Source: Octopus vulgaris (taxonomy: Eukaryota). From it: a DNA stretch of 64,000 nt. Below, one piece after another: positions 36,859 to 50,390 of this stretch; position 1 is the first letter of the stretch; each line of letters begins with the position of its first letter. The notes under the pieces are model-generated. The model was given only the letters and a program-made list of their open reading frames with translations. It made no database searches and had not been told where the DNA came from. The stretch is taken from positions 146,072,001 to 146,136,000 of the forward strand of contig OX597818.1 of assembly GCA_951406725.2 (NCBI GenBank), read 5' to 3'. The translations under genes were made by a program, and so were the position numbers.

Positions 36859-39699
36859 TGTAGTGATCCTATAACGGCGCGCGCTCGCGCACCGTCCATT
36901 TGTATTTCGCGCGTGTTGGTGCCTTTACCAAGGCAGAGAGAGGAGGGCCCTCTCGCGCATGCGCGAAGCACCGGAAGAAGAACCCTTTTGCCTACGTAGC
37001 AGTTAGCCGAGGCAAGGGGGTCGTAAGACGTTGACCACCAGCGTCCAGCAGACAGCGGCAGGCATTTCATAGAAGTAGACGTTTAATTCGCTCTCTCTCC
37101 GGTTGATAGCAGCAGTCTTTTGGCCGAAGACTTTTAACCTGAATTATTGCAGTCAAATCATCTTCTTCATCCGGACGCCATTTTTGACCCGTTCTGTTTT
37201 AGCGGCTGAACATTGTAAATATTACAATCGATTAACTTTCAGCCTTGCGCGCCCAGAACCAAGGACATCAGATATACCACTGATTTCTCACCGGTATAAA
37301 ACAATAAAGTATATCTATTTTTTACGTCTGCGTTTTGTGTTTCTTTGACTGGTAGAGTCTGGATATAAAAGCAAGGAAAGTGATTGCACCAACTTGCACC
37401 CCCAAAGTGCAAGAGGAGATATTCACATATTCCTTACAAGGTTAACTTAGGGTTCAAGACGTTAATCTGTTAACCTAAACCGTTTGCCATGTATACGATG
37501 TCTGTTTACAGTATGGTGTTTTTGTTGTTTAGCCCCTGATCTGCGTAGATCTACATTTACAAGCATTCCACACATGAACAGTTAGATTCTTTCCTGACAT
37601 AGTGTACCTTTGATTATTTTGTTCAATGAGTCATTTCTTAAATAGACCAGGATGTAATTTTAGAGAGATGTAGTTGTTAATTCTAGCTAGTTGAGTGACT
37701 GCTTAGGAGCTCCCTCGTTACTTTGTGTCAATAGTAGGCTTTATCTATGGAAATATCTGTACTAATACCGCGAGTTTACGAAAAGGTCATAATTATATAA
37801 TACATCTGCTGTTTGTACACTTAACATGTAATCTATTGCAGCCGGGCTGCACTGTACTAATGGAGGCAAGTGAAGTGACTTTGGCTCACACGCACACATA
37901 CAGACGCACTCAGACATGTATACGTGCACTCACACATGTATACGTGCACACCTGACCCAGTAAGATCAAGCTCATGAGAGAGCCTCTACGTGGCAGTTCG
38001 ATCTTCCAGAATAGTAACCAAATCTTGAATCACACCATATTTGCATAAGATAAGAAAAACTTGATGGTAATAGGTTTGATCAACCAGGACTGACCTGAGG
38101 CCAAACAACAACAATAACAAAACAACAACAACGCAACAACCACATGCGAACAGTAAAACAATTCGTTAAGTAAAAGAGAAGTTAGATAAACTATTACCAT
38201 TGTTTAGTAATTGTTGCCGCCATATCTATCGTCATCTTTCTTTAAATAAAATGTCTACTTAACCATGGATGCTTACTCAGGATGAGTTCAACATGAGTTC
38301 ATCTGTTTATCTTAATTAGTTACAAGGAACTGGAGTGGAATGATTGAGGTGAGTGAAGGACCTTAGCCTGAGATTGTGTACAACAACAATTTCCTGTGCT
38401 GCACGAAACAATAAAATGGATGGTATGAAATCATGGAGTACTGGACTCTATTGTTCAGAATCTAAATAATACTGGTGCTGAATTTACCTTGTAATCACTC
38501 CAATATCGATAAAAAGTATCTATCAAACTGAGGTTTGATTCAGTCAATAACAACCAATTGCAAAAGAAAAAAAAAATAACAGAAAAAATAACGACTTCAT
38601 ATTTTTGTAAATAGACGATTCCAAATTTTATTGAATAGGATTTATTTTTGTCAATAGTTTCCAACCGAGATGTCACTGCGTTCTAAACAATATTTAAGGA
38701 TGTCGTGGAATTTGAATTAAATAATACAATATTATGCCAGGAAATAACAATAAACCTTAGGCATAGAGAAAGATAAGGTGACGAGTTTAGAGAAACATTG
38801 GAAACCTTGGTGAAGTGAACTTGGATATTTTGTCATTGTATGAGGCAAGACCGATGAGAGGTTACAAACTATTGAACGTCTCAGTCGGCAGGTGGATAAC
38901 TATAACGTATCGTCCATTTAAGATACTCATCTTAATTTTTACCGACCATGATGTTAATCTAATATCACATGAACTTCACCAAATACGATCTTCATACAAC
39001 TTTTTCTTCTCTCAGTTAATTATAAATATTCAAATTACAAAATTACAGCAGTAAACTCTATTGAAAGTCTTCTTTCCAGGTGTTTTATAGAAAAGGTTAG
39101 CGATACATTCACATTTGCTATCAATAAAATATCAATTTGAATTTTGATACGCCATTTTTCGATTCAACATTATATCAACTTCATCTTTGATATCAAACAA
39201 AGTATAAAATTACACATACTCATAAGTGAATTTTCTGACAAACAAACCGGTGGATGTACGCACACAAATCAATCTTCTTTATTTGAAAAATGCTTCATTA
39301 TTTGAAGAAATACTATCTTCCCATAATTCCTTTGATACTACAAATGATTGTGCAGGGAAGACTGATTTATTTTCCATATCTGAAGAAATATGCGACTGTT
39401 TTTCCTTAAATATTTCCTACCTTCACGCTTCGAAGATCCTGTACGAGATAATTACCTTACAAAACAAAAATAAATAAAAAATACACGCATTCTAACAACA
39501 CATGTGTTGTAAATTAAAATGCAGAATGCTTTTTTCTGTTAGTTTCTACAATCTCACATTCTTAGGTCAAACATTCCACTCTACTTAAATTCAGAATGGT
39601 ACAGCTGAGTTCCGCAATCGCAGCTATCCTCGGATATCATTTCAGAGAAACGCATTAATTTCTACTGATTCTCGAACAAACTTCACTCCGCTATGACAT

Positions 39700-39830
39700 G
39701 TAATACTTGTCCAAAGGATTGTAGAGACCGTACCTTTCGATACTTTAAACAATTTAGTAGTATTAGTCAGTGAATCTCCAGTCATCTGCACACTATCAAT
39801 TTACCTTTGGAAGTCAGACAGGTCGCGCAT
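39700..39830 (-). mobile_element. Tc1 transposase N-terminal remnant
   Basis: DLSDFQR*IDSVQMTGDSLTNTTKLFKVSKGTVSTI resembles the Tc1 first HTH. Confidence 0.55.
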
Positions 39831-39931
39831 TCTAGCTTATTTAAATAAATCTGAAAAAATACCCAACAACAAAACAAAAAAATCAAAACAAAGACAGAGG
39901 GCTATATCATGACATACATATGTATGAATGG

Positions 39932-40312
39932 GGAGACGCAATGGTCCAGTGGTTAGGGCAGAAGACTCGCGGTTATAGGATCGCGGTTTCGATTCCCAGA
40001 CCGGGCATTGTGAGTGTTTATTGAACGAAAACACCTAAAGCTCCAGAGGCTCCGGCAGGGACGGGGTGGCGAACCCTGCTGTACTCTTTCACCAAATCTT
40101 TCTCTCACTCTTTCTTCCTGTTTCTGTTATACCTGTATTTCAAAGAGCCAGCCTTTTCACTCTCTGTGTCAAGCTGAATCTCCCCGAGAACTATGTCAAG
40201 AGTACATGTGTCTGTGAAGTGCTCAGCCACTTGCTCGTTAATTTCACGTGCAGGCTGTTCCGTTAATCGGATCAACTGGAACCCTCATCGACGTAACTGA
40301 CGGAGTGCCACG
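39932..40312 (+). mobile_element. SINE family C (tRNA-Arg-like head), tail type 2
   Basis: GGAGACGCAATGGTCCAGTGGTTAGGGCAG..ACTCGCGG..GGTTTCGATTCCC A/B boxes. Confidence 0.9.
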
Positions 40313-41117
40313 ATGTATGAATACATAATATACAAACCAGAACAGTTTCGAATTGGTCATAATGCCAATAGAAAAAGGAGTTAAATAAAAAGTGGTCTTT
40401 CTATTATTTTGCCCAACAAATGTGTGTGTGTGTTTAGCATAAATGACAATTGAAAACTAATAGGGTATGACAGCACACGAGTAAAAACAGGCATTTAAAA
40501 TAAAAGTCAACATCACGTAACGTATGAAAAATAAAACCGGATTAAGCTTTAAGATTAAAACGGTAATTTAATATAATTTGTTTTCAACACTCCCATAAGG
40601 CATAAATTTCTGTCAGCTGTAATACTTGTCATGTGACATTAATCATGAGCCGGCGTACTTGTGAACTGATGACGTCTTTAGTTACACCTTTATTACTGTC
40701 AATTAGCTTTTAGCACATACTTTCTTTTCATGTTTTCCTTTCTATTAGGTACTGCTATTGGTAATGAACAATGGGCGATAATTAAGTTTTGTCTCGGCTG
40801 ATTGTCGATTACGTCATTACAAATAATGTGTAATCATTTTGAAAGTTAGCAACATTTGCAGTCGTATTGCCCATTTAGATAATTATTTTAAATCAATGCT
40901 GTAATCCCTTCTGCCATAGTTGGTACTAATGATAAAATGATTGTCAGAAATGACTCTTTCTTCCATTAAAATTGATAATTATTTTTTTTCTTAGTAGTAA
41001 ACGAAAATTATGGTTTATTGGCAGATAGATTTCGTTTATATGAAGATTATCTCGGACTGATTTACGAGTTGATCCTACTATTTACAAGTGAGATTTTTTT
41101 TTAAATGTGTGCATACA

Positions 41118-41272
41118 GGCACAGGTGTGACTGTGTGGTAAGAAGCTTGCTTTCTAACTACATGGTTCCGGGTTCAGTCCCACTGCGTGGTACTTTAGGC
41201 AACTGCCTACTACTATACTTCACGCATACCGAAGCCGTGTGAGAGGATTTGGTTGATGGAAACTGAAATAAA
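41118..41272 (+). mobile_element. SINE family B 5' part
   Basis: GGCACAGGTGTGACTGTGTGGTAAGAAGCTTGC...GGTTCAGTCCC. Confidence 0.85.
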
Positions 41273-41397
41273 CACGCCTGTTCCGTTCGAGCGGAATTTA
41301 CTGCGATTTTTTAACCCAAAGAGGATATCTCCCCCAGTTGGTTAACGATGCACAGTTGCATCTGATACATTGCAAGCAGGAGAACGAACCCCTACCG

Positions 41398-41444
41398 CCT
41401 TCTAGCGACGGTTTCGGGCTATTTCTGCCTCTCTTCAGTACAGG
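41398..41444 (-). ncRNA. Degenerate hammerhead-like motif (variant F)
   Basis: Minus CCTGTA-CTGAAGA-GAGGC-AGAAATA-GCCC-GAAAC-CGTC; stem I poorly paired. Confidence 0.45.
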
Positions 41445-43560
41445 ACACCTCGTCTGCTAGAGATGAATTTTTCTTTGGATATTTAATATCGTACATAGAG
41501 GGGACACAATAAGGCAATGAGGTGGAAGCTGAGTCTGGCTACGTTAAGTAAACTGTTTATTTCCCGGCCATAATCTAGTTGACATTTTTTGGTTTTTTTA
41601 AATGCTTTTATTTTTGGATTGGATATTGTGTTTCTTCTGCTTTATATGCAAACTAACAAATTTAATCCAAACGCCCTGTATATAGCGCCTGCACAAAATT
41701 CACAGCTCACTGGATATTGATAAAGATAGCAGAACTATTCGCAAATAATACTTAGGACCCTCAAAGATACCTCAACAGAACGAAACAGCTATTGTTGTAC
41801 AAACAAAACATGAAATCCACAGTAGATTACGCTAATCTTGCCTGTGTTTCTAACGGTTATAATCTCACCGATGCAGGAAGGCCTGCACAGACTCTCCTCC
41901 GAACCAAACCAGTAAAACAAACAAGAATTAACTCCAACGAATACAAAATAGTATCCATGCATTACAGCTGTTTACACATATGCTGCCTAGACACCGAATC
42001 AAAGATAATAAACCAGAAAGACTACATCAACAGAATTTTTGTTTTACTTGTGGTACTTATTAGACTGTGACTGGCCATGCTGGGGCAACACCTTGAAGAA
42101 TTTTTAGATAGCTGTATAGAAATTTTGTTTTAAGCTTGATCAAAACCACTTCTGTGGTTTAGTCAAGTGTATCAACCCCAGAATTATTTTAGATGATTTT
42201 CAAACAGTGCTGAAGTTAAGCCTAGAAGGTCTTTCGAATGCTAGAAGTAACAGCCAGGTCTCTTGAAATTATTTTATAACTCCACTTCTGTTATATTTTT
42301 TGGCTATTCTTGGTTTTTTTATATTTTCTAAAAATCATTTTACTTGTTTCAGTCACTGGACTGCGGCCATGCTGGGGCACCGCCTTGAAGCATCAGTTTT
42401 AGGTGATTTTCAACCAGCACATAAAGTTAAGCCTAGAAGGTCTTTCCACATGTTAGAAATAACAAACAAACCTTACAAACATTTTTAAAAATAATTTCAC
42501 GTAAACAAAGACAGAAATCGCGATTGTAAAAAAAATAAATTATTTCCAAAATTCCAATTTTTAAGTAAATACAATATATTCAATAAAAAAACGGTGCCAA
42601 AACATCTATAACAATGGTAATTTCCGTGTGTTTCAGTTTTTTTTCCTCGTTTTTAGAATAATTTTGAAGTTTGAAAATGTAAATAAATGAACCTTAATAA
42701 CAGCAATAATTGAATAATAGAACACCAGACTCTTTACTACTCAATGTACATATTGTCGGAATTTTAACAAAAGGGAAAGCATATTTACTTCAAGAAATGT
42801 GTAGAAACGTAAAAACGATAAGAAGTACATTTGAATGATTATATATACACACATAAAATGAAAGTAAATATTACACACGTCTCTGACATGTTTTTTTTTT
42901 CACAAAAACCAGAATTTGTCCTTTTTATGGAGAAATACCCATTTCCCTATTTAGGCAAACGATATGAGATACGTTTGACTGACTAGCCTTCTGTTAGACC
43001 TTCAACAGCCGGAGAAAGTTCAAACGGTCAACTTATTCTCATTAATCTGTAAGTGCTGGGAGAAGAAAACAAAAGACTTTAGATATATATTTTTCTGCGA
43101 CCAAAAATTCTTCAAGCTGGTGCTCCAACATGGCGGCAGTCCAATGACTGAAACAAGTAAAAAGATTTTAAAATAAAAAAAAAAAAAGCTGAGAGGGTTA
43201 TTAAAAAAATTTAAAGGCTGTTATTTCTAGCATGTGGAGATACCTTCTAGGCTTAACTTCATGCGCTGGTTGAAAATCATTTAAAGCAAATTCTGTGGTC
43301 GATACATTCGACTAAAAATTCTTCAAGGTGGTGCCCCAGCATGGCCGCAGTCTAATGACTGTAACAAGTAAAAGATGAGAAAAACGAAAGAAAAAAATCG
43401 AAAAATTTAACCGTGGAGCCTTTGTCCACTTTCACATTTTAACTATGGTGATTTTGGCCGAGGGGCTTTTGTCCGTGGGTTTTTTTCCTACACTCATATA
43501 TATATATATATAACGGGAAGCTTTATGAAAATAGACAAAAGACGAAGGCAGGTGGGAAAT

Positions 43561-44001
<441 letters not shown>

Positions 44002-44079
44002 CGACATGCCAAAGTTTCTTGTGCGTTTTGTAAAAGGCGACTAAAATCCTCACTAGCAACGACTACCCAAACAGACCTA

Positions 44080-44372
44080 TGAGTTTGTTGTTTATTGTTT
44101 GTTCATAACAGCCGCTTTCCCGGTTTCTTGGCGTATAGTTTTCCCACCTGGACGGGACGCCGGTCCGTCGCAGGTTAGCTGCAAGATGCAGGAGGAAAGA
44201 GTGGGAGATAGTTGTGGCGAAAGAGTCAGCAGAAGTTCGCCATTATCTTCTGCCGGAGCCGCGTGGGGCTTAGGTGTTTCACTCATAATCACACACATTG
44301 CTCGGTCTGAGATTCGAACCCGTAATCCCTCGACCGCGAGTCCGCTGCTGTAACCACTAGGCCATGTGCCTC
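44080..44372 (-). mobile_element. SINE family C-related, tail type 3
   Basis: Similar tRNA head; tail CTGCGACGGACCGGCGTCCCGTCCAGG. Confidence 0.85.
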
Positions 44373-44480
44373 CACAGACCTATTGGTTGGAGAATTATGC
44401 AGAGGTGCAATCCGCCAGGAGGAAGGGAAATCACCAACAAATGGTGCATGCTGCGTCGCACTGTTTCAGCGCATGTCTCA

Positions 44481-44524
<44 letters not shown>

Positions 44525-44941
44525 TTCTATGTAAGAGACAGATGTAAACATCGTGTCTTTATATACATCTTCGTGGACAGAAAAAAATATATTGTATATA
44601 ATGCCCGCATTAATAAACTTTATTAGTTCCAAGTATTGTGCTAGTATGTACATACAACAGGTGTTGAGAAACGGTGATTGTCAGAGTCTAATAAAGTTTA
44701 CGGCGTCTCCCTTCGCTGTGCTCACTCCAAATATTGGGAGTCTTTACATGGTTGATTATCGGCAAGAAACAGCAACTAAATCACTTTCAAAACATTATCG
44801 TCTTAAATAAGGATATGAAGCTTTAGACAATGTAAACCGGGATTTTTAAAAAGTCTGTAAAGAAAAATTTAATAGTCACAGCTAAATCGTCTTTAATCAT
44901 GGGGATACTGAATTAAAGTTGATTTGAGGTAGGGTTAAACA

Positions 44942-45585
44942 GGATCTTTACCTTTTGACCTACAGATTTAAAAAATAATTTTTTGTAACTAAACACTTTC
45001 AAATTTCGGACACTGGTAGAATGTGTCATATAAAATATCTTTTACTCTTAGCGTTTTTGAGAAAAACTTGTATTTACGAAGTTATTTCACGTTAAAGTTG
45101 TCGTATTTCGGTAATTTCAACCAATCAACGACGTGTATTCAGCTGACTAAAATTACTGCCGTTGTTTGTCAACAACACCTATCGGCGGTGTAGTTTTCGT
45201 TTGTCACTGTTATTTATGACATCGTTCGTGCGTTTGTACTGGTTTTAAGGTTTTAGGGTTAGGGTTGGGGTTTTAGGGTTACGGTTAAGGTTTTAGGGTT
45301 AGGGTTGTCATAAATAATAGTGACAAACGAAAATTACACAACCGGAAGTTCTTGTTGACAAACAACAGCAGTAATTTTATTCAGCTGAATACACGTCATT
45401 GATTGGTTGAAATTACCGAAATACGAGAACTTTAACGTGAAATAACTTCGTAAATATAAGTTTTTCTCAAAAATGCTGACAGTAAAACATGTTTTATATG
45501 ACACATTCTACCAGTGTTCGAAGTTTGAAAGTGTTTAGTAACAAAAAATTATTTTTTAAATCTGTCTGTCAAAAGGTGAAGATAC
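44942..45585. mobile_element. Palindromic MITE with ~280-bp TIRs, 8-bp TSD and TTAGGG-rich spacer
   Basis: Arms ~44942-45221 and ~45306-45585; TSD GTTAAACA at 44934-44941 and 45586-45593; superfamily not determined. Confidence 0.92.
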
Positions 45586-46109
45586 GTTAAACAACAACAA
45601 AATAACAAATCGCAAATGGAATTAAACTGGACAGCGGAGAAAGGCATACGTGATCAGAATGCAATACTTAACAATGAGTATTTAGCTTCATAAGCAAATT
45701 TAAAATAGCTCCTAAACGTATGTTCAATTTGCTAACTTAATCAAGCAAATCTTTCTCAGATGTCTCCACGTTTCAAAGATAGGAGGGACACAGAGGATAA
45801 TATAATCTGGATATAAAGGGACATGAAAAAAACAAACAAAAAAAAGAAGACAGGATGGTTATGGATGGAATATCTTCGACCATTGGTCTACTCAATTAGG
45901 GTCGAACTGGGAATAAACAACAATAACACTGGTGACCAGCTGCGACAATCATTTGACATTTATGAATATTTATCAATACTGAAATTGTTTATTGGTGGTT
46001 ACAAGGATTTGAACACAGAGGGCAGAACACTAAAAAAAAAAAAAATTACGACGCTATTCAACTTTCTCTTTCTCTCTCTCTCATTCTTTCTCTATCGCTT
46101 TCTCCTTTC

Positions 46110-46155
<46 letters not shown>

Positions 46156-46321
46156 CATACACATGTATATGGTTAGAACGTGGAGCTGCAGTAGTGACTA
46201 TCATATCTACGCATATACACACGCGCGCGCATACGCACACACTCACACACACACATGTATATGCCATTGTTGTATATATATGTATATCCATTGTAAATTT
46301 CTTTTATATATGTATGTATGC

Positions 46322-46397
<76 letters not shown>

Positions 46398-46426
46398 GTC
46401 TGTCTGTCTGTCTATATGTCTGTCTG

Positions 46427-46505
<79 letters not shown>

Positions 46506-46510
46506 GTCTG

Positions 46511-46542
<32 letters not shown>

Positions 46543-46565
46543 CCTATCTACCTATCTACCTATCT
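46322..46565 (+). repeat. (TATC)n/(TGTC)n microsatellite
   Basis: Explains YLSI ORFs. Confidence 0.97.
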
Positions 46566-47820
46566 AGATAAATAGATAGCGAGACACACACACATACACA
46601 CACGCACGCACACACACATACACACACGCACGCACACATACACACACACACATATGTATACATATTCACCGGTTGTCACAGATCAAACGTATGGCGATTG
46701 ATTTATTGTATCTATAGTGAAAGGGATTTATTGTATTTTTTATCTCCTCACCAGTTTATCTAATGCAGTTATTGTCAATGGTTTCAATTGATCATGTCAG
46801 AGAACGACACTCTACCTAATCGTATGCTGTCCTCCCATTGGTTAATATTTTCAACAATGGAATAATCTTTAGATCATGTTTGATGCATTCTTCGTAGCTT
46901 AAAACTGAAACATTCATAACCTTTTGTGCATGTATCGTAGTTTGCCATTAAACACCTACCCATTTTCCGGACTTCATAGTTGCATGTGTGCGTAAAAATA
47001 CCGACTACCTTTGATCGTTGAAGTGTACAATATTGGAGAATCTGTCCTACCGTTTGAGGACGAGCATGACTCTTAGGTATCTTCACTGGATGTGATATAG
47101 TTTTTCAATAAGTCTACGACGTAATGTGTACATTTCGAGAGTCTCTACTTAGTCATTCGACCTATTAGGAATGGTAGCTAGATCTTCCTTAAATCAAGAT
47201 CTACCATCATACATAGGAGCGGACACATTATATAATGTAGCCTGATGTACAACTTAAAAGATGGGATGGTCATAGTTAGAACGTCTTAGCCCATAAATCT
47301 TCTTGATTAGGGTTGATTTGAAGCTAAATAACGAAAACAATTGGCAGTGCAAAGCAACAACACTGTAAACCGTGTATTTTGTGTCTTTTGTTCTTACTTA
47401 ACGAAGCCATACATAGATCTATCACGAAGGGAAAATATTCCAAAGAAGCACCTGATCTCATTATCTCTCATTATCACTTCTACTGTCTCTGCAGACTACA
47501 CATCTCACAGATATTATGAGTTTTTGGAAGGAGAGAATTTTTCTCGAAGAAGGGCCTGCAAAACCGATACGCTCGACACCTTTAATTCTCATCTTGAACA
47601 AACACAAGGCGACGGTTGCTGGAAAAACACGAGCCACGAGGGAGTCTATAGGACCGACTTTTACACTATAACCATGTAGTACCAATAATATATATAACGA
47701 AGCAGAGTAACAACAACGTAACAATCCAACAAACTTCCCCACGAACTCTTCCGACAACTACCAAAACGACACCTTACGACTTCCTGCGATTAACACCTGC
47801 TCCCTCACTCAGACCGCTAC

Positions 47821-47828
47821 TATTTATA
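47821..47828 (-). promoter_or_regulatory. Candidate TATA box of a minus-strand transcript
   Basis: TATAAATA at the edge of a unique, CpG-containing 400-bp block. Confidence 0.3.
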
Positions 47829-47880
47829 GTCATTCAGTCAAATCTATTCTCCCAAGGGGTGTCATGAGTCTCACCACAGC

Positions 47881-47936
47881 ACACATACATACATAAACAC
47901 ATACATACATACATACATACATACATACATACATGC

Positions 47937-47967
<31 letters not shown>

Positions 47968-48094
47968 CATACATACATACATACATACATACATACATAC
48001 ATACATACATACATACACATACATACATACATACATGCTTACATACATACATACGTACATACATACATACATACATACATACATACATACATGC

Positions 48095-48125
<31 letters not shown>

Positions 48126-48358
48126 AACACATACATACATACATACATACATACATACATACATACATACATACATACATACATACATACATACACACAC
48201 ACATACATACATACATACATACATACATACATACATACATACATACATAAACACATACATACATACATACATACATACATACATACATACATACATACAT
48301 ACATACATACATACATACATACATACATACATACATACATACATACATACATACATAC
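47881..48358 (+). repeat. (TACA)n microsatellite
   Basis: Long tetranucleotide array. Confidence 0.98.
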
Positions 48359-48359
48359 A

Positions 48360-48487
48360 AAGGTTTTAGGGTTAGGTTTTTCTTTTGAGATTTTTTAAAA
48401 ATCCCGGTTTACATTGTCTAAAGCTTCATTTCCTTATTTAAGACGATAATGTTTTGAAAGTGATTTAGTTGCTGCTTCTTGCCGATA
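48360..48487. other. Locally templated insertion (17 bp direct plus 111 bp inverted)
   Basis: 48377-48487 is the reverse complement of 44757-44867 (5 mismatches by eye); 48360-48376 equals 45247-45263. Confidence 0.8.
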
Positions 48488-48746
48488 CATACATTTATTA
48501 GTTTGAAGATTATCTCTGTCGCAACTATCGAATGGCAAAAATTGAGGAAAGGACAGTCATAAAACATTAGTTTGTAATCGGGTCATCACGCAGGAAGATA
48601 TTTGCATTGCTTTTAGATTAATTGTTCTCCGAATATTGTGTTGAAATCTGATATGGGCGATCTAGACAATATTGTTGGCCTGGTGTACTAACAAAGAGCT
48701 TATGAAGTATTTTGCCCGGAATGATAATTCCTCAGAAATAACTCCG

Positions 48747-48832
<86 letters not shown>

Positions 48833-49565
48833 GCAAGCATTTTTGAAAAGAGTTAAAAGCAATTGCGAAATTTTCTACGGCAATGGAAACAAGCTAATAG
48901 AAACAAGAATTTTTTTTAAATCAAAGGTTAAAACCTTTAGCTTATATTTCAATGTTTTGGCTATAAAACTACCTTATATTCAATAGAAGTGAATGCGCAT
49001 AGTTATAACCTGCACGAATATGTTAAGTGGGATATTTTGCAACAAGTGTAGACTGGTGCATTTAAATCAGCCAGTTGACGTTGCACAACACTTGACTGAT
49101 TTTCTTGCTGGGTTTTAATCGTTTCACTTCGTTAATTATCTGATATTCAATAATACATTATTGGACTCGATGGCGGCTATCGTGTTTGGTTACGGCAATC
49201 ACGGTCTCCAATAAAACCACTGAGCGGGGTATCGTACTTCAGAGAAGGAAACGCCGGCTTTAATAAAAATGATGCCCATCATCTGCTACATATAAGAGTT
49301 ACTCGATGTTAATCAGATAAATTAACACCATCTGCTCATTTGGCAATTCCTCCTTACTGTATTCATCTGCGTAGGCCAACACTTTCCTAACTCTTGTCTC
49401 ACTCCGATACGGGCATTTTATCGCCGAAATATTGAATAAATGAATACAGAAAATATTGATTTTTTTCTCTCTTTTTGTATTTAAATCTCTGATTTATTTC
49501 CAGTTTGCATTGCCATAGCTTTCTTTCATCAGCTACAAACGCATATTACACAAATACATCCACAT

Positions 49566-49607
<42 letters not shown>

Positions 49608-49662
49608 TCTCTCTATCTCTTTCTCATACGCACAAATGTTAATATAATATGCATGCATATCT

Positions 49663-49759
<97 letters not shown>

Positions 49760-49781
49760 GTATGTATATAAAATTAATACA

Positions 49782-49943
49782 GGCGCAGGAGTGGCTGTGT
49801 TGTAAGAAGCTTGCTTACCAACCACACCGTTTCGGGTTCGACCCCACTGCGCGGACTTTGGGCGAGTGTCTTCTACTATAGCCTCGGGCCGACCAAATCC
49901 TTGTGAGTGAATTTGGTAGACAGAAACTGAAAGAAGCCCATCG

Positions 49944-50001
<58 letters not shown>

Positions 50002-50212
50002 TTATTTGTATCTGTGTTTGTCCCCCCACCATCACTTGACAACCGATCTTGTTGTGTTCACGTCCACATAACTTACCAGTTCGGCAAAAGAGAACGATAG
50101 AATAAGTACTAGGTTTACAAAAAACAAGTCCTGGGGTCGATTTGTTCGACTAAAGGTGATGCTCTATCAAGGCCGCAGTCAAATGACTGAAACAAGTAAA
50201 AGAATAAAAGAA
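49782..50212 (+). mobile_element. SINE family B, full length
   Basis: GGCGCAGGAGTGGCTGTG head, GGTTCGACCCC B-box, GTAAAAGAATAAAAG tail. Confidence 0.92.
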
Positions 50213-50390
50213 TATAAACAGCAGTTTCACCAAAAAGGAGAATTATAATTGTCACTAAATGCGACTAGTGTGTTAGAAAACATTTACTAGAAATAAAAGC
50301 TAAAACACTCTAATGCTGTAGTCAACGCGCATGACTGAGAACAAACCCTTACAGGGACCATAATTGTCTGAAAAATGCCGCTCGAGAATT

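Larger units (their letters stand above)
34731..37438 (+). mobile_element. Non-autonomous LTR retrotransposon (TRIM/LARD-like, probably Gypsy-derived)
   Basis: TG..CA LTRs 34731-35326 and 36859-37438; TSD AGGT at 34727-34730 and 37439-37442; PBS and PPT present; no gag/pol ORF in the 1.5-kb interior. Confidence 0.93.

Noticed and set aside
38700-39477. AT-rich unique region with an 83-aa ORF and a minus-strand acceptor-like site
   Set aside because: No recognisable domain, frequent stops and no consistent splice pair.
39932-40005. tRNA-like sequence with A/B boxes (also ~43780-43853, 54990-55061, 49782-49850)
   Set aside because: Continues into shared SINE bodies and lacks a convincing cloverleaf; these are SINE heads, not tRNA genes.
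45241-45306. TTAGGG repeats as a telomere or chromosome-fusion relic
   Set aside because: Short, degenerate and enclosed within MITE TIRs and TSD.
48830-49440. Possible mariner remnant
   Set aside because: Too decayed; I could not read TIRs or catalytic motifs with confidence.
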